Shown here: positions 53,101 through 62,050 of the stretch, piece after piece
Layout of the letters: the number at the start of each line of letters is the position of its first letter
How positions within the stretch are numbered: position 1 is the first letter of the stretch
DNA from: Phoronis australis
Lineage: Eukaryota; Animalia; Phoronida
Assembly (NCBI GenBank): GCA_002633005.1
Contig: NMRA01000790.1
Span: forward strand, 36,835-100,834
Length of the DNA: 64,000 bases
Direction: 5' to 3'
The notes under the pieces: generated by a model
What the model was told of the DNA's origin: nothing
Databases searched by the model: none
Seen by the model: only the letters and a program-made list of their open reading frames with translations
Position numbers and translations under genes: made by a program

Positions 53101-54173
53101 ATTTTATTTCCTGTCTACTATTGTATTATATCGTGACGTCATTTACATGCTGCATTCTATCATAGATTTTGCTTTCCACTTCTTACTTTTATTTGTTGTA
53201 AAAATGAATATTATTCACATACATGTTTTCGAATTGATTTCTTTTGAAACCATATTTAAGGTAATGGAGTTTCAGAAAACATTCCTTTAAAAAAATGTAG
53301 AAAACGCAATTAATTAAAGAGTATTTTAGAACAAAAATGGAAAATAAGCCCATTCAAGAGATTTGGTTCAAACATCCAAGATCTATCCATTGACATACAT
53401 GTATCTTTCAATGCCCACAGCCCCTCAAACTGGCTTTAATTGTAGAAGTACTTAAATGACACCCACTTTCAGCATTACAAAAAGTGCCCACGGAATTATC
53501 TCCCCTTTTACGTGATAAAAGCAGCGATTTTATTAGCATCACTTATATATGGTAGTCCTTTTGTCGCACTTCCTTATCCGTTATGTGTTTTCCCTCATGG
53601 CATACATATCTACCAGTTTTGTACATTGAAAAATTGCTGTTCTCGATTTGAAAACACGTCTCATTTTCTTTGTGCACCTTTGAATGCCTATACAATAAAA
53701 ATTTAGAGGTCAATAAGTACAAAATTGGTGATTTTTGTGCCAGAACAACACCACGATAATTTATACAAAGTTTGAGCTCAATCTGTAGGATGTCCCCTGA
53801 ATTGACTTTCTAACTTCAATAGTGGTGCATTTATACCTTTCAGTATCCTCAGCTCCAACATTGGTCTAATACCACATTCGGCGCCGACATGTACCCTAAT
53901 GTCAGAGACCACCGCCGGGTGAGTTATAATGCAAGCCAAGATTTTGTACAAGGCTCGTCAGGAGGACCGGGATTTGTCAAAGACATTGACGACCACGCGT
54001 CGGTGGCGCTAATTCACACGATTGCGTATCCTGATGCGCCAGGTCCGCTTCAAGGAGTTCCAGACTCTTATCACTTTGAGCAGGGGACACGTATTGAGTA
54101 CGTTTTTGACTTAATAAATGGCTGGGACCAAACAGTTTGCTTGGAAATATTCCCCAACGGTCGGCCATTCTAA
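6109..54173 (+). CDS. Spliced gene (5'-partial): ankyrin repeats + polyQ linker + FAM111-like trypsin-fold serine protease; join(6109..6216,23361..23474,45000..45098,46159..46260,46792..46999,48790..49032,49368..49684,53844..54173)
   Basis: All internal exons are bounded by AG/GT with compatible intron phases (0,0,0,0,1,1,0). Joined length is 1521 nt = 506 aa + TAA with no internal stop. N-terminal ankyrin motifs (TPLH/SPLH ... LL ... A.VN) and C-terminal protease motifs TNLHVV, LDVAVLEL, HLVGHPKG, GSSGGP. No start codon in the window. Linkage of the two distant ankyrin exons is inferred. Confidence 0.72.
7740..8160. repeat. (CAT/CAC)n microsatellite
   Basis: Direct inspection; source of the spurious poly-I/M ORFs. 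Confidence 0.95.
12640..16671 (-). mobile_element. Sola3-like DNA transposon (~4.0 kb, degenerate)
   Basis: TTAA at 12636-12639 and 16672-16675; GAG…CTC termini with imperfect TIR GAG(tgac/gcag)TCCATATAAAAA; paralogous empty site near 40110; internal transposase remnants. Confidence 0.8.
15100..15900 (-). pseudogene. Sola3-type DDE transposase remnant (frameshifted)
   Basis: Motifs GYAGCYH (~15870-15895) and RYDFSDSQNGKNLCDRKTAPLKQH…LKDALLSSGRVKG, then an FPCTQQG…ELDNH zinc-finger-like segment, in shifting frames. Confidence 0.7.
18820..19179 (+). CDS. THAP zinc-finger domain ORF (5' end of Kolobok transposase, truncated)
   Basis: MVWCVVPACSN…SFFRFP…WLAAV…LRVCGRHF…LKSDAVPSVF: complete C2CH THAP signature with AVPxxF box; ccgccATGG start context. 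Confidence 0.8.
   Translation: MVWCVVPACSNYEAARKAGTSFFRFPREPEMLRKWLAAVKNDKYGVHTKYEAVKHLRVCGRHFVDSDFTDEFRLAKQLMPGQKKQPRLKSDAVPSVFAFGRQEAKKRGSVVSIMVQLAH
19140..19366 (-). pseudogene. KolX-like (P2X7 C-terminal-like, Cys-rich) ORF remnant
   Basis: MATRNPDLEEYSSDEDF…GYQFEP, then across frameshifts TDQEVLERRR…SWCQCANCTIMETT, matching the YxFEP…WCxCxxCxxM pattern. Confidence 0.6.
22563..24855 (+). repeat. Segmental duplication unit, copy 2 (contains ankyrin exon A2)
   Basis: Collinear, high similarity to 5262-7610 including both splice sites. Confidence 0.9.
23361..23474 (+). CDS. Ankyrin-repeat exon A2 (NGCTPLHAAAPEKPFLYYYPERVKLLLDHKANVNAVDK)
   Basis: ttcacag| acceptor, aag|gtagga donor, 114 nt, phase 0-0; canonical TPLHAAA; paralogous to A1 including flanking introns. 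Confidence 0.88.
25162..25481. mobile_element. One end of a probable EnSpm/CACTA-like element with CCGACCGGTCGG subterminal repeats
   Basis: CAC start followed by dense palindromic ccgaccggtcgg repeats; other end lost in the N gap. Confidence 0.45.
25482..26388. other. Assembly gap (N run)
   Basis: 907 N. Confidence 1.
29065..29360. repeat. (CAT/CAC)n microsatellite, paralog of 7740-8160
   Basis: Direct inspection; same flanks as 7740-8160. Confidence 0.95.
29888..30763. mobile_element. Non-autonomous element with long subterminal hairpin and an internal region complementary to both ends (Crypton-like architecture)
   Basis: Absent from the paralogous site near 8693; hairpin 29894-30055; tttataccat at 30056-30065 near-complementary to the right end gtggtataaa (30754-30763); no TSD seen. 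Confidence 0.6.
30601..30672 (+). other. tRNA-derived sequence (Pol III A and B boxes) inside the insertion
   Basis: TGGTGTAGTGG (A box) and GGTTCGACTCC (B box) at tRNA-like spacing; a full cloverleaf could not be confirmed. Confidence 0.5.
31158..31385 (+). mobile_element. Short (or assembly-collapsed) copy of the same Sola3-like family, opposite orientation
   Basis: TTAA|GAGGCAGTCCATATAAAAACC … GGTTTTTATATGGAGTCGCTC|TTAA; both ends match those of 12640-16671; single N at 31230. Confidence 0.8.
31630..32100 (+). repeat. Older, diverged partial copy of the same intron segment (cf. 6940-7410)
   Basis: Shared gagttgttataaatgatcaacagtaatatttcacat…gtggaacattcac…tttcgact-gaccaggga…gagtcttgcatgcta. 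Confidence 0.75.
32368..32975 (-). pseudogene. Academ-like transposase C-terminal remnant (duplicate of 35206-35812)
   Basis: Minus strand RLPPTESDTRFH…PLDWGWKLE…AAPDS…MIHCSCST…CTKNGLACT; near-identical to 35206-35812 and ends at single N 32978. Confidence 0.65.
33507..33910. mobile_element. MITE-like element (CAGTGGCGGAT…ATCCGCCCCTG termini); internal part recurs inverted at ~62767-63025
   Basis: Short TIRs; 33600-33862 is similar to the reverse complement of 62767-63025; TSD not evident. Confidence 0.55.
36235..39664. mobile_element. Non-autonomous EnSpm/CACTA-like element (~3.4 kb)
   Basis: CCCATACCAAAA…TTTTGGTAGGG termini, 2-bp TSD GT (36233-36234, 39665-39666), subterminal TTGCCGCAAGCTTGC repeats; removing it restores the Academ reading. 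Confidence 0.75.
39270..39490. repeat. ~39-bp tandem minisatellite within the EnSpm-like end
   Basis: aataaagtttcctgcaactttcccgcaaacattttt repeated about 5 times. Confidence 0.85.
39815..40995 (+). repeat. Paralog of 12330-12635 + 16676-17560 (uninterrupted, pre-Sola state)
   Basis: Collinear similarity on both sides of the Sola3 insertion point. Confidence 0.85.
42930..43185 (+). repeat. Partial copy of the intron segment following exon A1 (cf. 6350-6605)
   Basis: Shared ggtgggaggttaaatttatggtgatgtcatcatgtgg…cttatcttataaaca; no ankyrin exon immediately upstream. Confidence 0.75.
45000..45098 (+). CDS. Ankyrin-repeat exon A3 (NGESPLHYASRSCNIEAAKFLVENGARVSVLNK)
   Basis: Polypyrimidine tract + tgtag| acceptor, aag|gtatga donor, 99 nt = canonical 33-aa ankyrin repeat, phase 0-0. 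Confidence 0.9.
46159..46260 (+). CDS. Degenerate ankyrin/C-cap exon (AGESADCVCGRIPQSWPLRVFRRGDIESMKAYLK)
   Basis: ttttgtag| acceptor, aag|gtaaaa donor, 102 nt, phase 0-0, open frame; begins xGES like exon A3. Confidence 0.65.
46792..46999 (+). CDS. Linker exon with polyglutamine (TVLQREQQEQQQQQQQQQKLEHNLADAAEKLL...KFLSS)
   Basis: ttccag| acceptor (phase 0); g|gtaata donor after 46999 (phase 1; alternative phase-1 donor after 46966) matches the phase-1 acceptor at 48790; (CAA)9 at 46819-46845. Confidence 0.6.
48790..49032 (+). CDS. Protease exon 1 (…ASAVARIKWSNGFVGTGWLVGTKQRKFLLTNLHVV…), catalytic His
   Basis: ggcag| acceptor, ag|gtaaaa donor, phase 1-1; GTGWLV…LLTNLHVV is the trypsin-like (Trypsin_2) His motif; His codon at 48999-49001. 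Confidence 0.85.
49368..49684 (+). CDS. Protease exon 2 (…LDVAVLEL…VHLVGHPKGDPKVLDIQCKVIP…), catalytic Asp
   Basis: ttcacag| acceptor, atc|gtgagt donor; resembles FAM111A LDYAVLKL and [21 protein letters not shown] (recalled); Asp codon at 49490-49492. Confidence 0.88.
53844..54173 (+). CDS. Protease terminal exon (…VSYNASQDFVQGSSGGPGF…EQGTRIEYVFDLI…EIFPNGRPF*), catalytic Ser
   Basis: tttcag| acceptor, phase 0; G-S-S-G-G-P nucleophile motif (Ser codon 53958-53960); resembles FAM111 ITYDTEFFFGASGSPVF and its C-terminal EFG…EVF helix; stop TAA ends at 54173. Confidence 0.88.
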   Translation, partial: YPQLQHWSNTTFGADMYPNVRDHRRVSYNASQDFVQGSSGGPGFVKDIDDHASVALIHTIAYPDAPGPLQGVPDSYHFEQGTRIEYVFDLINGWDQTVCLEIFPNGRPF

Positions 54174-54543
54174 AATTCAATCCGAGCGGTGGCTACTGTT
54201 AAGAGTACCCCGAAACTGTTGTGCTTAAATTTGTCCTTGCTGCAAACTATTTCGTCAATTGAGCATGTTGATCGGTTATTTGACAATCTTAAACAGTAAT
54301 CTCTGGCGAGATGACTATATTTACTGATTGCGAAATTATGGGCAAGCAATTTCATCATTTATGTATTATCTAGTCAGATTTTGGAGATGATTGAAGGTGT
54401 TCAGCCAGAGTTAGAGACTGACATTTAAAGTAAAATGCAGAAGCACAATTTTTCAAAAATGATGGAAGGCTTACGCTTTAATTCTACGGTTCCGAAGATT
54501 ACAGAACGTCTGTTTTTTGTGTCTTGATCGCGTGGTCACTTGC

Positions 54544-54549
54544 AATAAA
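54544..54549 (+). terminator. Putative polyadenylation signal
   Basis: AATAAA about 370 nt downstream of the stop, followed by a GT-rich region. Confidence 0.4.
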
Positions 54550-54779
54550 TAAACGGGTTTTCACATGTACAATCGGCAATTAGTCAAAGAGGGGATCTCT
54601 GTTGGACCGTCAGCGGCGGCTATTTATATCAATAGTTATGGAGATAGAATAGTGTTTGTGAAAATCGCTATGTTCTTTATAATATATGTTCTTTATATGT
54701 GCGGGCGTGTTGCGTGTGTGGCTGTGGGTGTTTGTGCGTGTGTGAGTGTGTATGTGTGAATGAAAAATGTATATACATG

Positions 54780-54784
<5 letters not shown>

Positions 54785-54852
<68 letters not shown>
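54785..54852. repeat. (CA)n microsatellite
   Basis: Direct inspection. Confidence 0.97.
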
Positions 54853-54856
<4 letters not shown>

Positions 54857-56069
54857 TGCAGGCGTGCGTGCGTGCTTGTTTGTGGTCCCACAAGTGTCGC
54901 TGGCATTCTTTATTACTATACCATGTTATCTGTGAATGCTCTGTCACTGTTAATTTAGTGAGATCGTTAACTATTGGAGATTTGCTGGAACTATATGTTT
55001 GGGGACGATGTATTTGTTTTGAGTTGTATAATCTGCATACATTGTCTTCTGTGTATATTTTGTTTGTGCTGAAAGTATAATTCAATGAATCAGGGGCTGT
55101 TTGCAAAGAAACGTCTAAAGTTAGTACTTTGTCATGTTTGCTTAGCGAACAACCCTTCGATATTGTGACTGCAATTCATCTGCAAGTTTACCATCAATTG
55201 CATTTGAGTTTGAAGTAGGCATCATACCCATTCTGCCGTCACGTGATAGATCTGGGACTTCTCGGAGATACAAATGGCTCCTTGGGTTTTGCCAAAAGTC
55301 AAAATTTTGGCTTAAAATAACCGGCAAAAGTTGATATTTTGACCTTAGTGTCTCTGAAAATATTTCCCCTTCTGTCTACTCGACCAGATCTTACATTTCT
55401 GTCTTTGACATGCCAAGATTTTCTGTTTCTCAGCTTCATCCTGTGTTCGTGAATCAGGATCTCTGTGTACTAAAGACTAAGCAAAAAGACTCTTTGATTA
55501 ACCAAGCACATGGCTGCGTCGATAGACCCAACATGTGATCGAATACGGGTGAGGTGTCTTCGCTTAGGGAACAGAAAAAGTGTAATCTATCCCAAAATTC
55601 AGCAGTATTAACCCACAATGTAACGTTCCAACCTCACTGACCAATAACATTAGAGGTTGCCGACCTTTTCTTAGGTTGCTCCAGCTATATCGATGAAATA
55701 AGTTCCACCCGCACGATTTTGCGAGTATTTGCGTCTACAGAACACTACTCTAGACCCGGTTGAGTAAAGGCTGCATGTGTATACATTGTCACCCCATTAT
55801 TTTATTCAATTCATGTACTTAACACTGGGTGTAGTTTCACTGAAATAGTTTTAATTTTACTATGTTTTTACATAAATGGTAAACAGGGAATTACCCTTAG
55901 GCTAAAGCTAGTAACTGTAAGTCTCCGCTTATACATTAAAAATAATGTTGCTTTCATTTTACTGAAACTCGCGTATGGTGTCCCAGAGTGGCAGCGCCAC
56001 GTTATATGAAAGTGGCATCATGCCTTCATTCCGTGCTAACTATTGTAGAATGTTGCACGATATATATAT

Positions 56070-56975
56070 GTACCTACATATAATGAGAGATCATCTTATT
56101 CTCAAATGTTAATTGGATTAAACAGAATATATTTGTGAACTACTTTGTACGCTACCATCCCTCTTGCTTATTGTATTTGTACATACATGTATAATGTACG
56201 GTGTTTATTTTACTTCATATTCTGTATCTACGTCTATGATGTAGGATTGTGTAAAGACTTTCTGTAGTTTCCTAGTGCAAAGCGTTTTAAAGAGTTAGTT
56301 TTGGTGGCCATACTAATGACCGATGTGCCACTTTTTCGGGGGTAAACGTACATGTAAGTTGTGGGCACTTGTCTCGTGATTAATCGTAGCCTACTAAGTG
56401 TCTGTTGCTGGTGGAAAACAAACTCTAACCTGGGCTTATCACGAAACAAGTAATGAGAGCTCCCTACTGACAATGCTGTAGTGGCAAAATAAGAGGTAAG
56501 TAGGCGCCCAAAGCCCACCGTATTACTTTGAGCCCTGAATGTAACTTGCAGTGCGTACATGTAGGCGCTACTTTTACATTCCAAAAGGTGGTTGGCTGCG
56601 CCTACATGCGCTTACACCCAACTACAGCACTGCCTACTGATCTCAAATGTTGACTGGAATAATCCGAATGTTTTTGTGAACTACTCTGTAAGATATAATG
56701 CCTCTTACTTATTATATTTTGCATACAATGTACGGTACACTACATGTACGTGTATTTCACTGCATATTCAGGATTGACGTCTATTATGCATGATTGTGTA
56801 GTCTACCTGTATAGCTTCCTTCGTGAAATGCATTGGTTTTGGTGGCCGTACTCTTGACCGGTATGCCCTTTTTCGGGGGTAGACATGTATATGTAAAGTG
56901 GTGGGCACTTGTCTCGCAGTTTATCTTAGCCTGGTGGAGGTGGATAAAAAACTTTAGTCAGGGCTTATCACGAAA
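56070..56975. repeat. Diverged local tandem duplication (~530-bp period)
   Basis: tctcaaatgtt…gtgaactact…ttttggtggcc…tttttcgggggta…gtgggcacttgtctcg…gggcttatcacgaaac occurs twice. Confidence 0.75.
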
Positions 56976-58149
56976 CTAGTTTGTGGTTGGATACCGCTTC
57001 ACCTCAACTGAATTACCTTTAGTTGAAATTATCCAAACTATAATGTTTTATGTATGATTATGAGGTACATGTAGGTATTCACATGTACAGCGAACTGTGT
57101 TTTACAGAGGATAATGAGTCGTATTTCACTATTGTTAAAAAACAGGTGTGCCATGTCATTCATTATAGACCTGTCACAAGGGGGATATCGGGGCATGTGG
57201 ACGAAGGTAGAGCAATGTTGCCCGACGCCGAAGACAATCATACTCTCGGAGTCCTTTCTTACTGATATTTCCGAGTGATGGAACAGTACCGGGTATTCGT
57301 TTGTCCGAGGCCGAAAGCAGTCATTACTCTCAGAGCCCTTTCCCACTGACTGGATATGTCCGAGTGATTGACCTGTCTTTATTTCAACTGACGCTTCTTC
57401 CCTCTTTATAATTTGTTTCCTGTTAACCTGATCTTACTTGTGTTAAGATGTACTTCTTCGCTTATTTCGCTAAAAAATAACTGCCTATTTTGAGTTTTCT
57501 GCTTTGGACAAGTTGATTGATTTACTGCAAATAAAAGAAACGTAAGCAATCTCTGTTGTTTCATGGCATATTCACGATACAACAAAGCTAACGATTGCCG
57601 GACCTTTTCTTAATCTATATCTGTAGTGAAAATTTTGGCCAAAAATGCACTCAGCGGTCTCTTCCATGTTGTGGGCAAAGGTGAAGAATTACTGAAAAGG
57701 GTGATATTCCACGCCCAGCTTTGTCGATGTCACGGTAAATCGGAAATTATCATTCCGCGTTTTAACCAAGACAGAATTATTAGTGGTCACATAACAATAG
57801 TATGAATGACAGTGTGATTCTGCTGAATTTATCTGGGTTCGTGAAATACGTCGTCATAGTTTAACTTTAATTTGTTATCACTCAACATTCACGATTTTTG
57901 AAATTCGCTTTAATGGAAAACCCTATACTCACCACATGGTTTCTATTCTCCCCCGATTTCTGATTTTATACGCAGCTGACTGAAGAGAATGGTGTTAACG
58001 ACAGAATACCATGTGTGCATAAGCTTCCGGAGTCTAAACAGGTTAATCCTGCTGCGGTTCATGCGACTATGCCATAGAGGACAACTATTAGCTTGCAGTA
58101 TAACGTGTTTTCAAATGAGCGCGTAATGTAGAAATAAATCCGTGCGAAG

Positions 58150-58960
58150 TATCCAAAAACAGATGGTAGACGTCGGGGAGGTAACGGTCTTGGTTGGCAT
58201 AAGATGAAGATTTCTGCCTAGAACCTGGAGTACCCGGTTCCATATTGCAGAAGAAGCATTTTGTGTATCTGCGCCGCAACAAATCGTCAGCCAGCTATGC
58301 TATTTTACCCTCTTGTAGAAGGTCTCCAACGACGCGGAACATGAGCTCTTCGAGTGCATTTTCGCAAGCGGACAACGGGACATGCATGTACCTCATGGCA
58401 GCGCCGGTGTACACACAAACAATTTTGAACTTGGTAGAAACTCCACAATATTTCATAAAGGGACGGTCCAGTAATATCTAGTAGAAGGGGCCGGTGGGAT
58501 TTGCGACAATTAATGAGTTACGTGTACATTCGTAATGCAGTGGTGCAGAGCGTGGAATCAACATTAGGCATTAACGAAGGTCGTGGCTTGCAGTAACGTC
58601 CAACATCCGCAAAGGCAGTGTCAAAGTGTTTGGCGTCTTCACAAGGAAAATTGATTCAATTGTTAGACCGTAATGCCAAGACCTCCGGGTGGCGAATTAT
58701 ACCCTAGTTGTCTAGATCATCAAACTTGGCTTGCAACACAACAAGCTTCATGTCACGAGAATACCGCAGAACCCGACCTTTCCGTTGGGGAGGTTGAACA
58801 GGACTCATATTCACCAAAGCTTTGAACTGGACGGATGATCCATTGTAGTCAGGAATACTGGGGGTGCACACTCGGTTGCACTCGGACATGACAACACGAA
58901 ACCGCTGACGGGTTGCACATGGTAGTAAAAGGTTAAGATCCGACATAGCGGAACTCGAAA
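58150..58960 (-). pseudogene. Ty3/Gypsy pol (reverse transcriptase) remnant
   Basis: VNMSPVQPPQRKGRV…[58 protein letters not shown]…LADDL across frameshifts and stops. Confidence 0.72.
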
Positions 58961-59079
58961 ACTGGACTGTAGCAAGTTTCGATGGAGTACAAAAACCACT
59001 AATCGTTGGGGTGAAATCTTTGGCTTCCGAATATTTATTTTTCAGATTATTACCCACTTGCAGTAAAGACGCGAAACAC

Positions 59080-62050
59080 ACTTCAATTGGGAAATATTTC
59101 AGACGATTGAAGGTTAATCATATTGATGGTGCAGGGCGACAAATTTTGTTTAAGATGGACAACGATGATTATTTTTATGCTTTATTTATGTAGCCCAGAA
59201 GGGTTGCAACTGTATGACAAACTCGTCAAAGTAAAATGGAGTAACCCTGCTTGCCTGTTAGTTGTTGAATTTGTCGCAGTTGTTTTGTGGATGTCATTTT
59301 GTTATCATGGGTGACTTAAATGCTAGAATCAGAAACGTACAAGACTACATGTATTTTGGACGTCAGTGGAGATTACTTACCGTTGCATCACGTGTACGAT
59401 AGTGCCACATTTTGCTCTCTATTTTGGGGGGCTAAAGATGAGACTGTCAATAATTTTGGCCAAGCTTTAATTATGCTCGGAAATGTGCTGATACTTAATC
59501 ATGCATAATTGGTAAACGGTAGAAATCAGAGTGATAAATATGGCGAGTTTACATTTCAAGAGATTGTAGCACTGAAGACTTTTTGATTGGGTCAACAAAT
59601 CTACGTACATGTATGTAAACACATTTCAGATTTTAGTATAGGCACATTCGATGAGTCTGGCCATTTTCCTATCGTTTGTAACGTTGCAGGTAATTGTGTG
59701 TATGACAGTAGTTGTAGAGTTAGCAAATCAACATCGCAAACGCACACATTTGCCTACATTGGGATACTTGACGAGTGACAGAACTACAGTAGGTGTTCTC
59801 TATTAGTGCTTATCAGAAAGTCTAGATCAAATAGCTGCTCGTGCAGTGCAAACAGATCACAAATCCGTGTAAACAAACAACTATGTTTAAAAAGAAACGC
59901 GCTTATGCTAAACGGCAGAGGAAAAAACCTTCGGTGGGACAAATAATTGCAAACTGCAAAATAACTAAAAAAAGCTAAAAAATCACTCTTTGGTTGTTTT
60001 TGAAGAGATTCCTTCGCTGGAAAATTGGCATGATAGCCTACACAGAATATGCGGAACAATTTTGCACCAATCTAAGTTGTTAGAAAATATTTTGGAGAAA
60101 CAATCCAGTGCAATTCTGGTCCCTGGTTAAATAAAATTTTGAGAATAGTCAGAATAAGAGTGATAACTACGGTATCACGGTACGTTTGTTTCAGTTTGTA
60201 GCACAATGAACGGGTAGAACTGAGCGACACTATATCACATGCGGCTGCTAGACAACAAGAAAATCATGGCAACTGTTGTGATGTTTGTGACGAAAAATTA
60301 CCAAGTGATCTGAACACTTGTTTCTCATGTGAGGAAATTAACCGCGCTTTGCTGGATCTTCCAAACGGCAAAACAGGCAGAATGTTGTGTTTGAAAAGTT
60401 GAAGAGTATAAGGGTAGCTACAGTATTTTTCCTGTGCGAGAACTGCTTTTCAATGGAAATTTCGCTACAGATCACTGCCCACAGGGATGGTGTAACGCAA
60501 TATTTGACCACATATTTAAACAAGATAACACAGCCGGAAAATGAGAACAATTACAGAGTTAAACTTTGTTGTCAGCAGTAGGGCAAAGCTATTCACCAAA
60601 CTTTTAAATAATTTGGGCTGAGGCAAATGACGAACTTCCTTAATCACACTGGGAAGGATTCCGCAAGGACTATTGTAGGCATTGTTTACGCTTCAGTCCA
60701 TGTGCCAAAAATATATCACTAAAACCGGAAGTGTTTTTACTGTGTTTTTGTCGACTTTTCGAAAGCGTTTGACAGAGCTCCTCACATGCCAGTATGGTCC
60801 ATGGTAACGTACCTAAAGTTGTGAAGTATGTGTACAGCAAATTTCGATTATGCCTATGGACTCGAGAACCGTGACAGTTAGCCGACTGTTTGTTCTCTTG
60901 GCACCAGATAATGGTGTACGATCAGCCCACTGTTGTTTATTATGTATCTGAAAAAAATTAAGAAAGTCCTAGAGAATACCCAAATCATTTGAGGGATTTA
61001 ATCAATGAATGAGATGAGCCAGAGCCGCTGTTGTACGCCGATGAGGTGGTTTTGTGTTCGAGCACTTGAATTAATTAACTAAGAACGCTAAGCTATGTCA
61101 CGTTTTTCCTCGTGTGTGGGTGAGCGCAGGTTGTTACAGACCGATGCTAATAGCTTTCGGTGCGACGATTGACTGGAGACTGGTTCGAGTTAACCCTTTA
61201 TTAATCCCGACCGTACGTTCACAAGCCTACTCAAACAAAACGTCCGACGTAGTGTCTGTTTATGCTCCAGCCAATGCTGCGAAACCTTGACTTGTGATGA
61301 ACTTCTGAGACACGTTCAGCAACTGTTACACTCGTCGATTCAATAACCTGCTGTCTCTATAGCTGGCTCTCTAATGACTACCTCTGTAACTGCTGATTCT
61401 CTTCGCTTCAACTCAACTGTAATTCTCCTGATTAACTCGGCTTTATTTAACTGACTTGATCTGACTAACACAAACCCGTGCATGTGTATTTATAGCCTAT
61501 AATGCATTGTTCTGGAACTTTTCATCAATTCAAGCACATTCTAGAACTTTCCTCAATCTACCCAACCATTCTACAAACATATACTAGTCTCTAGAATATT
61601 CCAGACTGCATTAATCACTGACTGTCATGCTAGAGTCTTCTAGAAAGTTCCACACTATACTGCAGCATAAACAAATTACATCATCACTGTTCTGACCTCA
61701 GTCTTCTAGAAAGTTCTCCACACTATTTTGTAGTAAACAAATTACATCATCACTGTACTTAACTCAGAGGTCATGCCAATCAAACAAACTAACAAAACAA
61801 AACAACTAAAAATACTGTCAGACTATATTCTGACAAGCTATTTTACATTGTAAAATAATTACTGTTCTTGAGGCAGGAGTGTACATGTAAATCTGAAAAA
61901 AACTAATATCATTGTTTTATGAAATGGCGGGCCACCCAGAGCGTATGAGAAGTTTAATTGTGGAAATCAAGTTTCCTGGAAGGTGTCAACTAACAGTGGT
62001 AATACATATTTTTCCACGTTACAATTAATTAACTAGTAAACTTTACGCAA
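59080..62050 (+). pseudogene. Degenerate non-LTR retrotransposon ORF2 (APE + RT) remnant
   Basis: LVNGRNQSDKYGEFTF, ESGHFPI (APE end), YCVFVDFSKAFD (~60740-60775), SPLLF, LLYADEVVL (~61030-61055), VNLKKTNIIVF after the LTR. Confidence 0.65.
61096..61835 (-). mobile_element. Solo LTR (740 bp)
   Basis: TGTCA…TGACA termini, exact 5-bp TSD AGCTA (61091-61095, 61836-61840); minus-strand TATAAA (~61490) upstream of AATAAA (~61200). Confidence 0.85.

Noticed and set aside
54610-55106. HT/CV-repeat ORFs
   Set aside because: Translations of the (CA)n microsatellite.
55142-55740. Possible Copia-like RT remnant on the minus strand
   Set aside because: Only faint motif resemblance (e.g. QSQYRRVV); too degraded to support by eye.
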